A stretch of DNA of 64,000 nucleotides. Source: a virus. The notes below the pieces were generated by a model, which searched no databases, was not told where the DNA came from, and saw only the letters and a program-made list of their open reading frames with translations. The translations under genes were made by a program, and so were the position numbers. Numbering within the stretch: position 1 is the stretch's first letter; every line of letters begins with the position of its first letter. This document shows positions 45,630 to 57,768 of the stretch, in pieces. Where the stretch lies: IMG/VR virus record IMGVR_UViG_3300045988_012220, positions 1 through 64,000 of that record. The stretch is one strand, 5' to 3'.

Positions 45630-46826
45630 ATGGCAAGAAAGAAGAAAAATCCATTAGGTGATTTTGAGGACGCTTTGAGCTCTCTCGGGTTCGGTGGCCA
45701 GGAAGGTGGCGACAGCGTTACAGACATCGATAACCAGGATGTGGTTAATCAGGTGTTAGATGACCCTAATGATGATGTTGAAAATTTAGACAATCCAGAT
45801 GACGATAAGTCTTCTGAGGATAATAAAGATAATAAGAATGTAACTGACGATCCTAATGCTCATGATGATGAGACACAGATCCCAGATAATATTTTAAACA
45901 ATAATACGTCCGACACAACTACAGTTGACAACGAATAGGATGACGACGATGATGATAATGATCAGCAGACTGACACTGATGTCGTAGATCCTGGAGAGGC
46001 AGAACAGATTGGTGCCTTCTTTGACGCATTCGCTGAAGCTAACGGTTGGAGTGTTGATGCAGACGAGAAACCTAAGTCAGTTGAGGATCTCGTAGAGTAC
46101 ATCAAGGATGTCGTAGATGAGAATTCAACACCACAGTACGCCGATGATCGTATTGCTAAACTTGATCAGTACGTAAAGAATGGTGGTAAGTTTGAAGACT
46201 TCTATCAGATACAGCAGAAATCTATGTCTTATGACAGTATAGATTTGGAGGACGAATCTAATCAGAAAGCAGCTGTTCGTGAGTTCTACAGATTATAGGG
46301 TATGGACGACGAGCAGATTAGTCGCAAGATTGAGCGCTATGAAGATGCTGACATGCTGGAAGATGAAGCAGCTGATGCTGTTAATTATCTTAAGGCGTAC
46401 GAGCAGCAACAGCAAGAGTATATGGCTCAGCAACAGGAAGCTCATAGACAATAGCAGGAGCAGCAAGCTGCACAGTTCATGGACGACCTTACCTCTAGTA
46501 TCAATAGTCTTACTAATATTAGAGGTATTAATATCCCAAAGGAGGATAGAAAAGCGTTGTTCGATTATATTACAAGAACTGATGCAGACGGTTTAACAGA
46601 GTATCAAAAGGCTTTTAATAATAATCTTGTTAACAATTTGATAGAATCAGCCTACTTCACAATGAAGGGTGATGCTCTACTGGGCGAGGCACAGCGCAAT
46701 GGTCAGACATCTGCTGCGAGTAAACTTAGACAAATGCTCAAACATCAAACAAAAAATCATACATCATACAATGTTGGGCATGAAAAACAACCTCAGGCAT
46801 GGGATATCGCGTCAAAATACCTATGA
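45630..46826 (+). CDS. acidic scaffold-like protein, 398 aa, in-frame TAGs
   Basis: Track ORFs 45630.. and 46479.. share a frame and join across TAG. Asp-rich N-terminus, Gln-rich coiled coil, immediately upstream of the MCP. Confidence 0.7.
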
Positions 46827-46844
46827 TGAGACAATTAACATATT

Positions 46845-47864
46845 ATGAATAATTCAAGTTCTTTATTAAATAATCTTCAGCTCTACCGTGGTAAGCGTTT
46901 TGCTGACTTGGTAGACGAAAACATGATTGCTAATGCAATGCTTACAAAGCCTCATGAAGTAGCAGGCTTGTTGTCATTGGTTTTTGGTACAAAGGATGAT
47001 GGTATTTCAACTACCATCGACTTGTTAACTGGTGGTCTTGGTTCAACCATGACTATCGAAAACAGAGAGTATGAGTGGTCTGTAATGATTGATGCTGACC
47101 ACGCTGTTAATATCCGCTACGCTAAGTGGAATGGTAAGGAGATTACTCCTAAGTCAATTACAGATGGTTTGACTCCAGGTATTAACAATACTCCTATTTA
47201 TCTTGGTCTTGAGGAGAAGTTCTTCGGACCTGGAGCAATCCTTGCATTTGATAACATCAACTTCCAGGTACGTGTAAACGGTACTCCATACCAGGATGGT
47301 AGCACATGGGTATATGAGACATATGTAGCAGAAGGCTTCCAGGGTTCTTATATCCCTTGTGAGTATTTGCTTCCAGGTCGTCAGGTAGACCGTATCGGTT
47401 CTGCATACGAGGAGTACAGTGATGAGGCAGATATCATCAACTATCAGACTCCATTTAAGATGCGTAATAGCTTGATGACTATGCGTCTTACTTACGATAT
47501 CACAGGTGATGCTTACTCTACAGTATTGGCTATCGCTTTGACTGATCCTGAGACAGGTAAGAAGTCTTATTTGTGGTCTGACTATCAGTATTGGAAGGCT
47601 CTTCGTGAGTGGAAGAAGAGAGAGGAGAAGCAGTTGCTGTTCGCTCACTCTAACCGTAATGCAGATGGTACTTACAATTTGAAGGGTACTAATGGTCGGT
47701 TCGTTCCAATCTCTGCAGGTTTGTTCGAGCAGATTGCTCCAGCTAATGTACGTTACTACACCAAGCTGACTACAGAGTTGTTCGAGGATTACTTGTTCGA
47801 CCTCTGCTATAACATTATCGGTACTAACGAGCGTAAGTTCGTTGCTTTGACTGGTGAGATGGGT
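46845..47864 (+). CDS. major capsid protein, exon 1 (340 codons, no TAG)
   Basis: Track ORF 46845..47867. The TAA at 47865 is the first intron triplet. Ends ...ALTGEMG. Confidence 0.8.
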
Positions 47865-48135
47865 TAACTTTATAGCTCCCTGTAGCAGTAATGTTACTTG
47901 AAAATCTATTTAATTTCTGGGAAGCCCAAACGTTTAAGTCGTGGGTAATCAGAAGCGAAGTCTCGAAAGAGAAACGTTCAACGACTATCCGAAAGGAGTA
48001 GGGTTCAAGCGAACCCGAAATGATAGACATCCTAATTGGGATGAAGATATAGTCTGATCTCATATGAAAGTATGAGGGCTTTTAATGATCGCAATAAAGC
48101 CAATCTGTAGTAGCGATACAGGTTAAACATAAATG
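47865..48135 (+). ncRNA. group I self-splicing intron (ORF-less, 271 nt) in the MCP gene
   Basis: Classic core elements: Q-like TAATCAGAAGC, R GTTCAACGACTA (47976-47987), S AAGATATAGTC (48044-48054), with GACTA/TAGTC forming P7. GNRA/GAAA hairpins. The 5-prime exon ends in T and the intron ends in G at 48135. Splicing keeps the frame (GEMG|IREFDRILKE). Confidence 0.75.
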
Positions 48136-48648
48136 ATTAGAGAGTTCGATCGTATTTTGAAGGAGAAGGCAGCTAGCTTTAACATGATTGATACACACTT
48201 CATTACAGGTTCTGGTCAGGACTTGAAGTTGGGTGGTCAGTTCACAACTTACACTATGACCAATGGTATTGAGTTGACAGTTAAGCGTTGCGCTATGTTT
48301 GATAACATGGAGATGTTCCGTCAGCTTCATCCATTGACAGGTAAGCCATTGATGTCTTACACATTCTTGTTCGTTGACCTCGGTCGTCGTGACGGTCAGG
48401 CTAACATCGTTAAGGTATGTCGTAAGGGTCGTGAGTTCGTACAGTGGTGCACTGGTGGTTCTGTATTGCCAAATGGTTATGCAAACAACATCAACACTAT
48501 GCGTTCTAACAGCCGTGATGGTTACCAGGTACACTTCCTTGGTGAAGAGGGCATCATGTTGAGAAACCCATTGTCATGCGGTATCTTGTACTGTGATGCT
48601 GAAGACCAGGAGTCTATTGCAGTTGAGAACAGAGCAGCAGAGCTCTAA
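48136..48648 (+). CDS. major capsid protein, exon 2 (170 codons, no TAG)
   Basis: Track ORF 48133..48648. An in-frame TAA lies immediately upstream at 48130. Confidence 0.8.
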   Translation: MREFDRILKEKAASFNMIDTHFITGSGQDLKLGGQFTTYTMTNGIELTVKRCAMFDNMEMFRQLHPLTGKPLMSYTFLFVDLGRRDGQANIVKVCRKGREFVQWCTGGSVLPNGYANNINTMRSNSRDGYQVHFLGEEGIMLRNPLSCGILYCDAEDQESIAVENRAAEL

Positions 48649-48675
48649 TTAATTAAATAATATACAATGTTCAAC

Positions 48676-48695
48676 CCCACCCAATTTAGGGTGGG
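48676..48695 (+). terminator. hairpin after the MCP (terminator candidate)
   Basis: CCCACCC-AATTTA-GGGTGGG, no U-tract. Confidence 0.45.
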
Positions 48696-48727
48696 AGCTT
48701 GGCATTGCAACAACTAATTGAAAAATT

Positions 48728-49480
48728 ATGGTAGTTGAATTAAAAATCAGAAAGAAAAATCCCTGGGCTGGATTGTTAAAGTACAAGCATTGCTTCGATT
48801 ATATTGCACCTTACTTTACCAGATCTGGGTCGATATACACAGGTTTAACACCTGAGGACGAAAAGAAATTTGAAAAGGAGCTTGGCTATCCAGAAGGTCA
48901 TCTCGCTAAAAACTCCCCATTCTGGAATACATTCTGTGTTAAGGTTGGCTCTAAGAGCACAATCCTCGATGACTCATTCCCACGTTAGGCTATGATTATT
49001 AAGTTCCTTGAGGGACATAAGAGAGTAGCTACATCACTTGACAAGCTTAATGCCGGAAAGGATTACCTGCTTATTAATAGACAGGCTGAGGCTATTGAGA
49101 AGAATAAGATTAATAAGCTTCGTAGAGACGCTATTATTGCTTTTGGTAAGCTTTCTCTTGAAGAGATGCGTAAGTGTCTTAGATTGTTCGGCGTTAGCGC
49201 TGATACAATGTCTAATGAGCTTGTAGAGTCTACATTGTTCTCATTGGTTGATAAGCAGCCACAGAACTTCTTTACTAAGTGGGTTAACAACAAGACAAAG
49301 GAAACAGAGTTCTTGATCGAGAGTGCTATTGCTAAGGGTATTATCCGCAAGGATAGAACACAGTACTATTATGGTTCTGAGATGCTTGCAGACTCACTTG
49401 AGGATTGTATTGCATACTTAGACGCAAAGAAGAATCAAGACTTAAAGATCTCAATCATTAATCAGGTTGAGAATAAATAA
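48728..49480 (+). CDS. hypothetical structural-module protein, 250 aa, 1 in-frame TAG
   Basis: Track ORFs 48728.. and 48992.. share a frame and join across the TAG at 48986. Confidence 0.75.
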
Positions 49481-49494
49481 TAAACTAACGACGT

Positions 49495-50211
49495 ATGACG
49501 CACAGTGATATTTATACTAAGTTTATGATTGAATATGACAAGGCAAATATAACTTCGTCATATCCGTCGCTAACTGAATATGAAATTGCAACAATATTAG
49601 ATAAAGCATACTTAGCTTTAATAGCTCAAAAATTAACAGGGAACAACCCAAGAAGATCTGCTTTTGAATCTGATGTTAAAGCAATTGAAGATTTAAGACC
49701 ACTAATAAAACAAGCTTTATTGCATGGAGAACATAGCAATGTTGTTACAAATGAATATATTTATTCATTAAACATACAAGATTATCTGTATTACGTTTCT
49801 AGTACAATATCATTAAATGCTAATAATAGTTCTATAGATGATCAGAAACATATAATTCAGTCAGTAGATCTCATATCTCACGACAATGCAAATAAGTTCA
49901 AGTCTACATCAACTAATTTACCTTGGGTTAAGAATCCTGTATGCTATATAAATGATAAGCTTATACACGTTTTAATTGACCCGTATGACGTTAAAAATAA
50001 CAAAGGTGATATGGTGTTAGGCTTAACATATATAAAGTCTCCTGCTAAATTTGTAAAAGGGACAAGTTTGGTTGATTTTGGAGATACTGAATTAGAGATA
50101 AACGACACCGTGGCTGAAGAGCTTGTTAATTTAGCAATTATAATGTCTACTGAGATTGTCGAATCCAGTAGATTATCTACTAAAACAAATACTAGACCAC
50201 TAGAATCATGA
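49495..50211 (+). CDS. hypothetical structural-module protein (no TAG)
   Basis: ORF track, 238 aa. Confidence 0.8.
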   Translation: MTHSDIYTKFMIEYDKANITSSYPSLTEYEIATILDKAYLALIAQKLTGNNPRRSAFESDVKAIEDLRPLIKQALLHGEHSNVVTNEYIYSLNIQDYLYYVSSTISLNANNSSIDDQKHIIQSVDLISHDNANKFKSTSTNLPWVKNPVCYINDKLIHVLIDPYDVKNNKGDMVLGLTYIKSPAKFVKGTSLVDFGDTELEINDTVAEELVNLAIIMSTEIVESSRLSTKTNTRPLES

Positions 50212-50966
50212 CGCAAGAACAAACTAGAAAGCTTGGTATCGAGTTTGAAAGAAGGATAACAGAAATGTATCCACAGTTCGCAATACAAGACAAACTTGAT
50301 ACCGATACAATATATTCTTTTTTAAGTGAGTATCAATCCTAGTACGTCAAGACTTTATATGTAGCTGAAGGCTAGACACAAAGTGGTACTAGGCAAGATA
50401 ATAAAATTCACGACATACTGTCTAATCTTATTAGGCACGAAGATATCAAACCTTCAAATGAAGTAGATAACTGCTAGTTGGAGTTTAATCTACCTGCAGA
50501 TTATTCAATGTATATTACTTCATACAGTGTCGTAGATAGAACTTACAAAAGTAATAAAACCTTAAGTACGCCATTATATCTTGATAACGTAAATATTAAG
50601 CAGGATTTGGCTGTTAGGTTTTTAGATGTAGCCTATAATCAGAAAGGAGTTCTGTAGAAGCCATTGGTAGTATTAGACTAGAATAATCAAAATACCACAA
50701 TTAGACTTATACATGATACCTATACGCATGTATAGAACATAAACCTTACATACTATTGTTACCCATACGCATTCAATGTGATGAAGTTTAACGACTAGGA
50801 TAAATCAACTGGAGCTGTACATAGTTATTGCGAACTGCCTTATGGCTGTTTTGAAGATATTGTTTCTGGAGCTGTAGACATGTACATAACTTAGTATAAG
50901 TTCAGATTACAATTAGGTAGTAAACAACAATAGTAGAAACCACAACAAGAATAGGAGGATAAGTAA
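50208..50966 (+). CDS. hypothetical protein, 252 aa, many in-frame TAG
   Basis: Own translation from the ATG at 50208 (ATGA overlap) to the TAA at 50964. The C-terminus is Q-rich, with TAG TAG inside ..KQQ[TAG][TAG]KPQQE[TAG]EDK. Confidence 0.65.
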
Positions 50967-51661
50967 TGATATATATAGACATATTGGTAAGTCTCGAAAG
51001 AGAAATTAATAAGTTTGACGACCCAGTACAGAAGCCTTCTACAGATGAATCTTTATTCTGGCTTAATTAGGCTGTAGCCAAGTTTGTTAAAACTAGGTTT
51101 AATGGAGATATCGTTCACGGTACATCATACGAATAGAATGAGAAGCGTAGAAGCGATTTAATTAAGCTGTATCAAACAATTAACTATCAAAGTGATAATA
51201 TGTAGGTAGATGAGTCAGAACCGTCTTACACTTCATATTACGCGCAATATCCTAGCGATTTTATGTTCGCTCTTAACGAAGATGTTGTTATATCTGATTT
51301 GCAAAACCACAATAAGATTAACACGTGTATGTTTGAGTGTACGCAGGATAGTTTTATGTATAGAATCAACAATAGTTTAACAGATTTCCATTATAGATAT
51401 CACAGAGCTAGACCATTAAGAATTCGTGTTAATGATGGATGTAAGCTATTGACTGATAAGCAGTACAAAATATATAAGTATTCTTTAGGTTATTTGCGCA
51501 AGCCTAAAGAGATAACCCTCGAAAAACCATATGATGAGTACAATGATTTCGAGGATATTATAATGCCTGAGATAATCAAAATAGCAGCACAGATGTATCT
51601 TGAAAACAAGAAAGATGAAAGATACAAAACTATTACTCAGGAAGTTAGTACTCAAGAATAA
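50966..51661 (+). CDS. hypothetical protein, 231 aa, 3 in-frame TAG
   Basis: The ATG at 50966 (TAATG overlap) is in frame with track ORF 51263..51661. Confidence 0.7.
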
Positions 51662-51744
51662 GATAAGAATAATTTTAACGTGGAAAGCCCAGCTGGTTAG
51701 GTCCAGTATAATTAATTAGGGTGAGTAGAAAAAATTAATATATT

Positions 51745-52869
51745 ATGATTACATATGTAAATACCGTATTGGTATCAAATAATGGTGGTGATACACTCGC
51801 TACAAAGGAAGAGCTTGCAGGCAAGCAGAAGAAGGGTGATCTCAAAGAGTTGGTTGGTAAGCTCGTATTTATGAATTGCGACCCAGCTGCTCAGGATGGT
51901 TCAAACATTGAGGATATTTATGCAGTTGATGAGAACTGTGATAGATTTAAGATTGGCGTTGTAACTAGTGATAGTTTCCAGAAGGCTGATAAGATGGGTA
52001 ATGTAACATATATTCCTGTTGTTAAGTGGTCAAATATTATTAACGCAGCAGACATTAAGTCTATTACAAAGCTCGACTACAAGGACGATACAGAGGATAC
52101 AATCTCAATTGACTTCTCTACAATTCCTGCAGAGACTTTAGATATCCTTTCAGCAGGTGGTTGCCCTGTAGTACTTCGTCTTACTTTTAAGGATATGCCT
52201 ATGCGCTATCGTAAGTGGACTGAGTCTTATAGCTACGTAACAATGCCTGGTGATGGTATTCAGAAGATTATGCAGGGTCTTGTTAAGGATATTGTACGTG
52301 CTTCAAAGCGTCAGCGTGTATACGCAAAGATCGATGGTACTAAGCTCGTTCTTGAGGCAATGAAGTACGATGATGATGAGCAGGCTGTAACAGAGAATGT
52401 TTATGCAAAGGTTCGCTTTGATGCAAATGCTTATTGGATGAATCCACAGGCTCCAGGTTGGGCAGCTAATAACAAGTATGATCTTGGTGTTAAGTTTGTT
52501 AAGCAGGAAGGTGTAACTTATCCTGCATCAGCAAAGCTTGTACGTGATCGCGAGCGTTCAGCATTTGATTATCAGGGTGTACTTCATCGTTGCTGCTGGT
52601 ATGATCCACAGCCTAACATGGTTACAAATATTGACAACCATTACGGGGGTATTACTATCGAGTTCGAGAACCAGTATCATACAGCTGATGATCTCTGGCG
52701 TAGAACAAAGCAGACAGTAGAAATTTATGCTTCTGACAACGGCACAGAAATTGGTGCCGCAGAGATTGGCAATGGCCTCTTGGCTAAATTGGGCAAGATG
52801 GTTGCTAATCGTCAGAACATCGCTAACCCAGTTAGCAATTCAACTGCGTACGACGGTACAAAGTATTAA
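51745..52869 (+). CDS. abundant-type structural protein (374 aa, no TAG)
   Basis: ORF track. Followed by a strong terminator. Confidence 0.8.
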   Translation: MITYVNTVLVSNNGGDTLATKEELAGKQKKGDLKELVGKLVFMNCDPAAQDGSNIEDIYAVDENCDRFKIGVVTSDSFQKADKMGNVTYIPVVKWSNIINAADIKSITKLDYKDDTEDTISIDFSTIPAETLDILSAGGCPVVLRLTFKDMPMRYRKWTESYSYVTMPGDGIQKIMQGLVKDIVRASKRQRVYAKIDGTKLVLEAMKYDDDEQAVTENVYAKVRFDANAYWMNPQAPGWAANNKYDLGVKFVKQEGVTYPASAKLVRDRERSAFDYQGVLHRCCWYDPQPNMVTNIDNHYGGITIEFENQYHTADDLWRRTKQTVEIYASDNGTEIGAAEIGNGLLAKLGKMVANRQNIANPVSNSTAYDGTKY

Positions 52870-52877
52870 TTTAAATA

Positions 52878-52911
52878 CCGGGGTGGGGTTCTTACCCTAT
52901 CTCGGTTTTTT
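52878..52911 (+). terminator. rho-independent terminator
   Basis: CCGGGGTGGGG..ACCCTATCTCGG (G.U-rich stem) followed by TTTTTTG. Confidence 0.6.
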
Positions 52912-52931
52912 GTTTTTAAACATATTATAAT

Positions 52932-54284
52932 ATGCAAAAGATTAGAATTGGAAACGATATTAGATTAAATCTAACTCTTCGTGGTCCTAGAACATACGAT
53001 TAGGCTAGTATTAAGAAATTAGCTTGTTATTTGATAAACACATCTGTAGCTGACTTTTATACCGGCGAGACATGCTGCAATGATCCACATATGTATGGTC
53101 ATCCTTGCTTTAATAGATGTGGCTGTCCTTCATATCATGTAGAGCCATGTTGTGGTAGACCATATCATCATGATTGCAGATTGAGTGGTAGAGGATGTAA
53201 TCCTTGTGCAGGAGCTCCTTGTATGCCACCTGCTTATTGTAAGCCATTTGATAGGGTGCTTGCTGGTTATGACGATAAGTTCTGTTATACAGCATACTCT
53301 AAGGTTCTTCCTAAGGCTAACAGTATTCAGTGCTATTTCCCTGCTAAAGATCAGCTTTTCTGCGGTGTATACAAGCTTGTAGTTGTAGCTGAGATGTATG
53401 AACCAGGTTGGGGTAAGACAGATCTTCATACATACACAATGGATTATGGTGAGGTACTTATGCTTGTAAATGACAATACTGGAGCAAGTGGCGATATTAC
53501 TCTTGATGTAGATAAGGATGATATTCTTAATAAGAATATTATTGACATAAGAGTAAAGACTCACGACTTGTATTTGTATGGTGGTAATCAGATTAGACTT
53601 GGCGAGCAGGATAAAAAAGACCATTATTATATCATAGAGGTAGAGCTTGAAAATGGTTCTGTACTCGAATACACTCCTGGTAATTGGCCTTACGAGAAAC
53701 TTCAGTTTGTTGCTACAAAGTCTAGTGTTATATCAATCGAGGAAGAGACTGGTATAATTAGAGCTATTAATCAGGAGAACACAAACAGTACTTACGTAAC
53801 TGTAAAAGCTAAGAACAATGATATTACAACTGGATTTAATGTAACTGTAGTTGGTGGAGACTATGATTATATTGGTTATCTCCCAGTTAGACCATTTGCA
53901 GCTAATGTAGAGGATGATACAGAAGTTGGCTTCAACAGAACAGATCAGTCATACGAAGACAAGAGTTAGGAGCATTATACAGCTATAGGCGTAGAGTCTG
54001 TTAATACAGACGATCTTAAGAGAGTTGACGATCTTACAAAACCAGTACAGGTAGAGAACACAAAAGATGGCCAGTACCTTTGGATTGTTACACGTAGACC
54101 TATTGCTTACGCTGCAAACATTACAGACAATGGTACAACTGATCTTAACTCAGCTATATATGTACCTCTTACAAAGTATCAGCAGAAGCTGAATGATAGT
54201 AAGTACTATTATTGCTGCCCTAACCCAATGAGCGCCAATACTAAGTCTGGTGGCGATATTTTCTATATTAAACTTGAAGCTTAA
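52932..54284 (+). CDS. structural protein with Cys/His/Pro-rich segment and Ig-like (Big_2-type) domain, 450 aa
   Basis: The ATG at 52932 is in frame with track ORF 53031..53969 across TAGs. CCNDPHMYGHPCFNRCGCPSYHVEPCCGRPYHHDCRLSGRGCNPCAGAPCMPPAYC. VISIEEETGIIRAINQENTNSTYVTVKAKNNDITTGFNVTVV. Confidence 0.75.
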
Positions 54285-54289
54285 TAATT

Positions 54290-55234
54290 ATGGAAGCAAA
54301 GAAAGAAGATATTAAAATATACGGTAAGCTTGTAAATGTTACCACAGAGAATGTTGTAGCTGATGCTGAGCAAATCTGGGATTCTTATTACAGAAAGAAC
54401 CAGACAGCTGTCAACAGATCTATGCGGGATGACTTTACAAAGTTTGCCAAGAATCCTACATTTGAATCTGCTGTATTTACAGGAGATTCTACATTCTAGG
54501 GCAACATGGCTGTAGAGAAGTCTCTTTCTGTAAAAGGTTCTTCAACATTCTAGAATTAGGCTACATTTAACGGCACTATTAGAGCTCATGGAACCCCTAA
54601 TGGTTTAGTTGTAGATCATAAGATCATTACAAACGATATTGAGGTTATGGGTACATTCCAGGCTCTTAATATTGATACAAACAATCTTGTAGTTCATAAC
54701 TTGTTAAAGGTGGAGAATGGAGGTTCATTCAGAGTTGATGGAGATACCATTCTTAATAACCTTTCAGTTAGTGGTACTCTTGATGTTCCTAATGCCACTA
54801 CAGCTAAATACGGAAGCGTTAGACTTGCTACATCGCCATCAGGTCAGGCTAGTACAGACGTTCTTACAGTAGGTCTTGTAAAGAATATGTTGCAGTATAT
54901 TCTTCCTGTATCATCGGAGAATAATATACTTATCTACAGTAATGGTAAATGGATTACATCTGCTATTGACTAGGTTATAAATAGTAATCCAACTATTAAC
55001 GAACATATTAAAAGCATTACCAAGAATACGTCTTATACAAAACAAGAGGTATATACCAAGGATGATGTTTACAATAAGACTGAAGTTACATAGCTGTTAC
55101 AAGATCTTAAAGAGTAGATCATTAGAGAGTGTAAGAGTAACTGTTTGTGGGAGGCTAGTGGAACAGAATACATTGTTCCTAAGGGTAATAAGAATATTAT
55201 TGTCAAAGCTGCTTATAAAAAAGCAACATCTTAA
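54290..55234 (+). CDS. tail fibre-like protein, 314 aa, in-frame TAGs
   Basis: Track ORFs 54290.. and 54647.. share a frame. TAA at 55232. Confidence 0.7.
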
Positions 55235-55248
55235 TAAAGGAGGTATTT

Positions 55249-57069
55249 ATGGAAGAATCAAGTTATAAACATAATTATGAATACCTCTCTATTGAAGAGG
55301 CCAAGTCTATTGTAAACGGAACTTTTGTACAGGGCACAACAAATATCGGAGGAGAGCTTGTTACTAAATCCGATATTAACAAACTGCTTACTACTGCTGA
55401 TAAAAAATTAACATCTATAGTTCCTTCTACTGTTACAGATAATGAGTTCGTATGCTTCTTTGAATGTATTAGCAACGAATAGTTTCCAGATGATGTGGCA
55501 CACAGATGGATATAGGTTTCTCCAATACAGTTTACATTCCCAGCTGATGGTGGCTCTGTAAAGATAACTGGTTCGTACGGATTGACTGGAACACTTGGTA
55601 CGAGAAAAAAGGTTGGCGATATAAATGATACTATAACTGTTGAAAAGAACACAACAACATAGACTAAATCTGGTAGTAAAACATATTATTATAATAATAC
55701 TCCTGGTACAGCTCCGTCTGCTACAGTAACTTGGACTCAGGATGCACGTAGCGTGATAGCTCCAACTAGCGTTCATGTTACAAATATTATTCTTCAGGTT
55801 GGTTAGAACTAGCAGATACAATATGAAGTAACTCCATCTAATGCCGATGTTGATACATGCATATATGAAGTAACAAGTGGTTCAGACTATATTCATATAA
55901 CAGATGGTGTAGTTTATGCTGATGCTGTTGGAAAGGCAGATTGCAAAATAACTATAAATGGAACAATTGAATCTACATTTTAGGTAAACGTAATTAACGG
56001 TAATGTAGAAAGACATAATGGAGATGTATTTATTGTACAAACTCCTGGTGGTGGTGGTACTGTGCTTGTTGATTTTCATTCTCCAGAATATTGTGTAAAT
56101 CCATATACATATTCGCCTCAAAGTAGTAATTATATGGTATATGATAGTTTTTTTATTTCGGGCATTGATCATGGTGTATTCCATACAAAGTAGAATAGTA
56201 TTATAGATATTGACCAAATACGCAAAACATACAAATATATAAAAGATAGACCTTCATTAATAAAAGGTAAAACTATAGAGCAAGCATGTTCTATTAATGG
56301 TGGCCATTATGTATATATTTATCTGTACGCTGATTCGTGGTGGCTTGGTAAAATTAATACTGTACAAACTTTAAAATGTAGAGGTTATAAAAAATCTAGC
56401 AATTCTAGTATATCACTTGATGGCAATTGGCTAAAATTAAACGGATATACAGCTACTGGCGATATTAAAGATATAAATTATTTAGTATACGGAACAAATA
56501 TTGATTTTTTAACTTATAGTAATGTTAGCTATTCACCAACTTATGCTGACTCGAATCGTAATATTATATGTGATTATTTTAGTAAATGTGGAACATTATA
56601 TTCTTATCTATTGATAGATTTAGATTCTGATGACAAGATATCTGCGTTTGATTTTATATCGACTGATAACGGTTATATTGAAAAAGGATATAATGTAAAT
56701 AAAAACGATTGGGACAATATTAAAGAAATGACAGTTGATTATACTTAGAATAGTTTAGATACAACAGGAGATTATATAAAATTGAATATCACTATAAATA
56801 AAATAAACAATTCTACAGATATATCTAACTTAAGAGGTAATATGGTAGCATGGTGTTTTTCCGATGGATAGAGTAACGCAAAAGCAGCATTTTACGGAAC
56901 GGATTCCAATGGAGCATTCTTTAATATCACAGACGAATAGACACTTCCTTATACTACTCAAATAAATATACCTAAAAAAGATTTTAATAAAGTTTAGCTA
57001 TATTTATCAGCTCTCAATACAAATGATTCTTTAATTTATAGGTCAGCTCCTATAGAAATTACATTATAA
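55249..57069 (+). CDS. large tail/receptor-binding-type protein with Ig-like domain, 606 aa, in-frame TAGs
   Basis: Own codon-by-codon read from track ORF 55249.. to the TAA at 57067. The Big_2-like segment is VHVTNIILQVG.N.QIQYEVTPSNADVDTCIYEVTSGSDYIHITDGVVYADAVGKADCKITING. Confidence 0.7.
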
Positions 57070-57323
57070 TGGAAGTACTTAGTAAAACTGGACTAGATAC
57101 GCTCTGGTCTAAAATAAAAGCTAAATTTGCTCTAATATCCGATCTCAATGCATTAACAACAAGGGTTTCTACCTTGGAGGCGTCATTAAAATCTTTAACA
57201 AAAACAGTTAATAATCTTCCTACAGCAGTAACTAATGATTAGAAGTATCTTCGTAAAGACCAAGATGATTCTACAAGTTATAATATAACAGCAAAAGGTG
57301 TTTATAAAGCTAAAACAGCATGA
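57069..57323 (+). CDS. small fibre-associated protein, 84 aa, 1 in-frame TAG
   Basis: MEVLSKTGLDTLWSKIKAKF shares the LD.LW.K.K N-terminal motif with 31055..32632. TGA at 57321. Confidence 0.6.
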
Positions 57324-57766
57324 AGTTAACATTAAAGAGAATAGCTTTAAAACCAACATATACAATTGGTAAGCTATACATAGACGATAATTATTTCTGT
57401 GATACATTGGAGGATACCGTAAGAGACATTAATAAAGACGGTAAGTTTGATAACGGAGAGAAAAAGATTAAAGGTAAAACTGCTATTCCGTACGGTACGT
57501 ACGAGATAACAACAAATGTTGTTAGTCAGAGATTTAAAAATAGGGTATGGGCGAAGCCATACGGTGGCAAAATACCAAGATTAATAAATGTACCATCGTT
57601 TGATGGTGTACTTTTGCATCCAGGATCGTCATCCGCAGACACAAGCGGTTGCCTTCTTGTTGGGAAAAATACTATAGTTGGTAGATTAACCGACTCGTAG
57701 AAAACGTTTCACATGTTAATGCAAAAGATAAAAGATTAGAAGAATTTAATTATAGAAATAATTTAA
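57320..57766 (+). CDS. putative cell-wall hydrolase (H..G...SxGC-type, DUF-like phage family), 148 aa
   Basis: Track ORF 57320..57700 plus read-through. IPYGTYEIT..VPSFDGVLLHPGSSSADTSGCLLVGKN resembles the YkuD/L,D-peptidase-like catalytic motif. The assignment is tentative. Confidence 0.55.
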
Positions 57767-57768
57767 TT

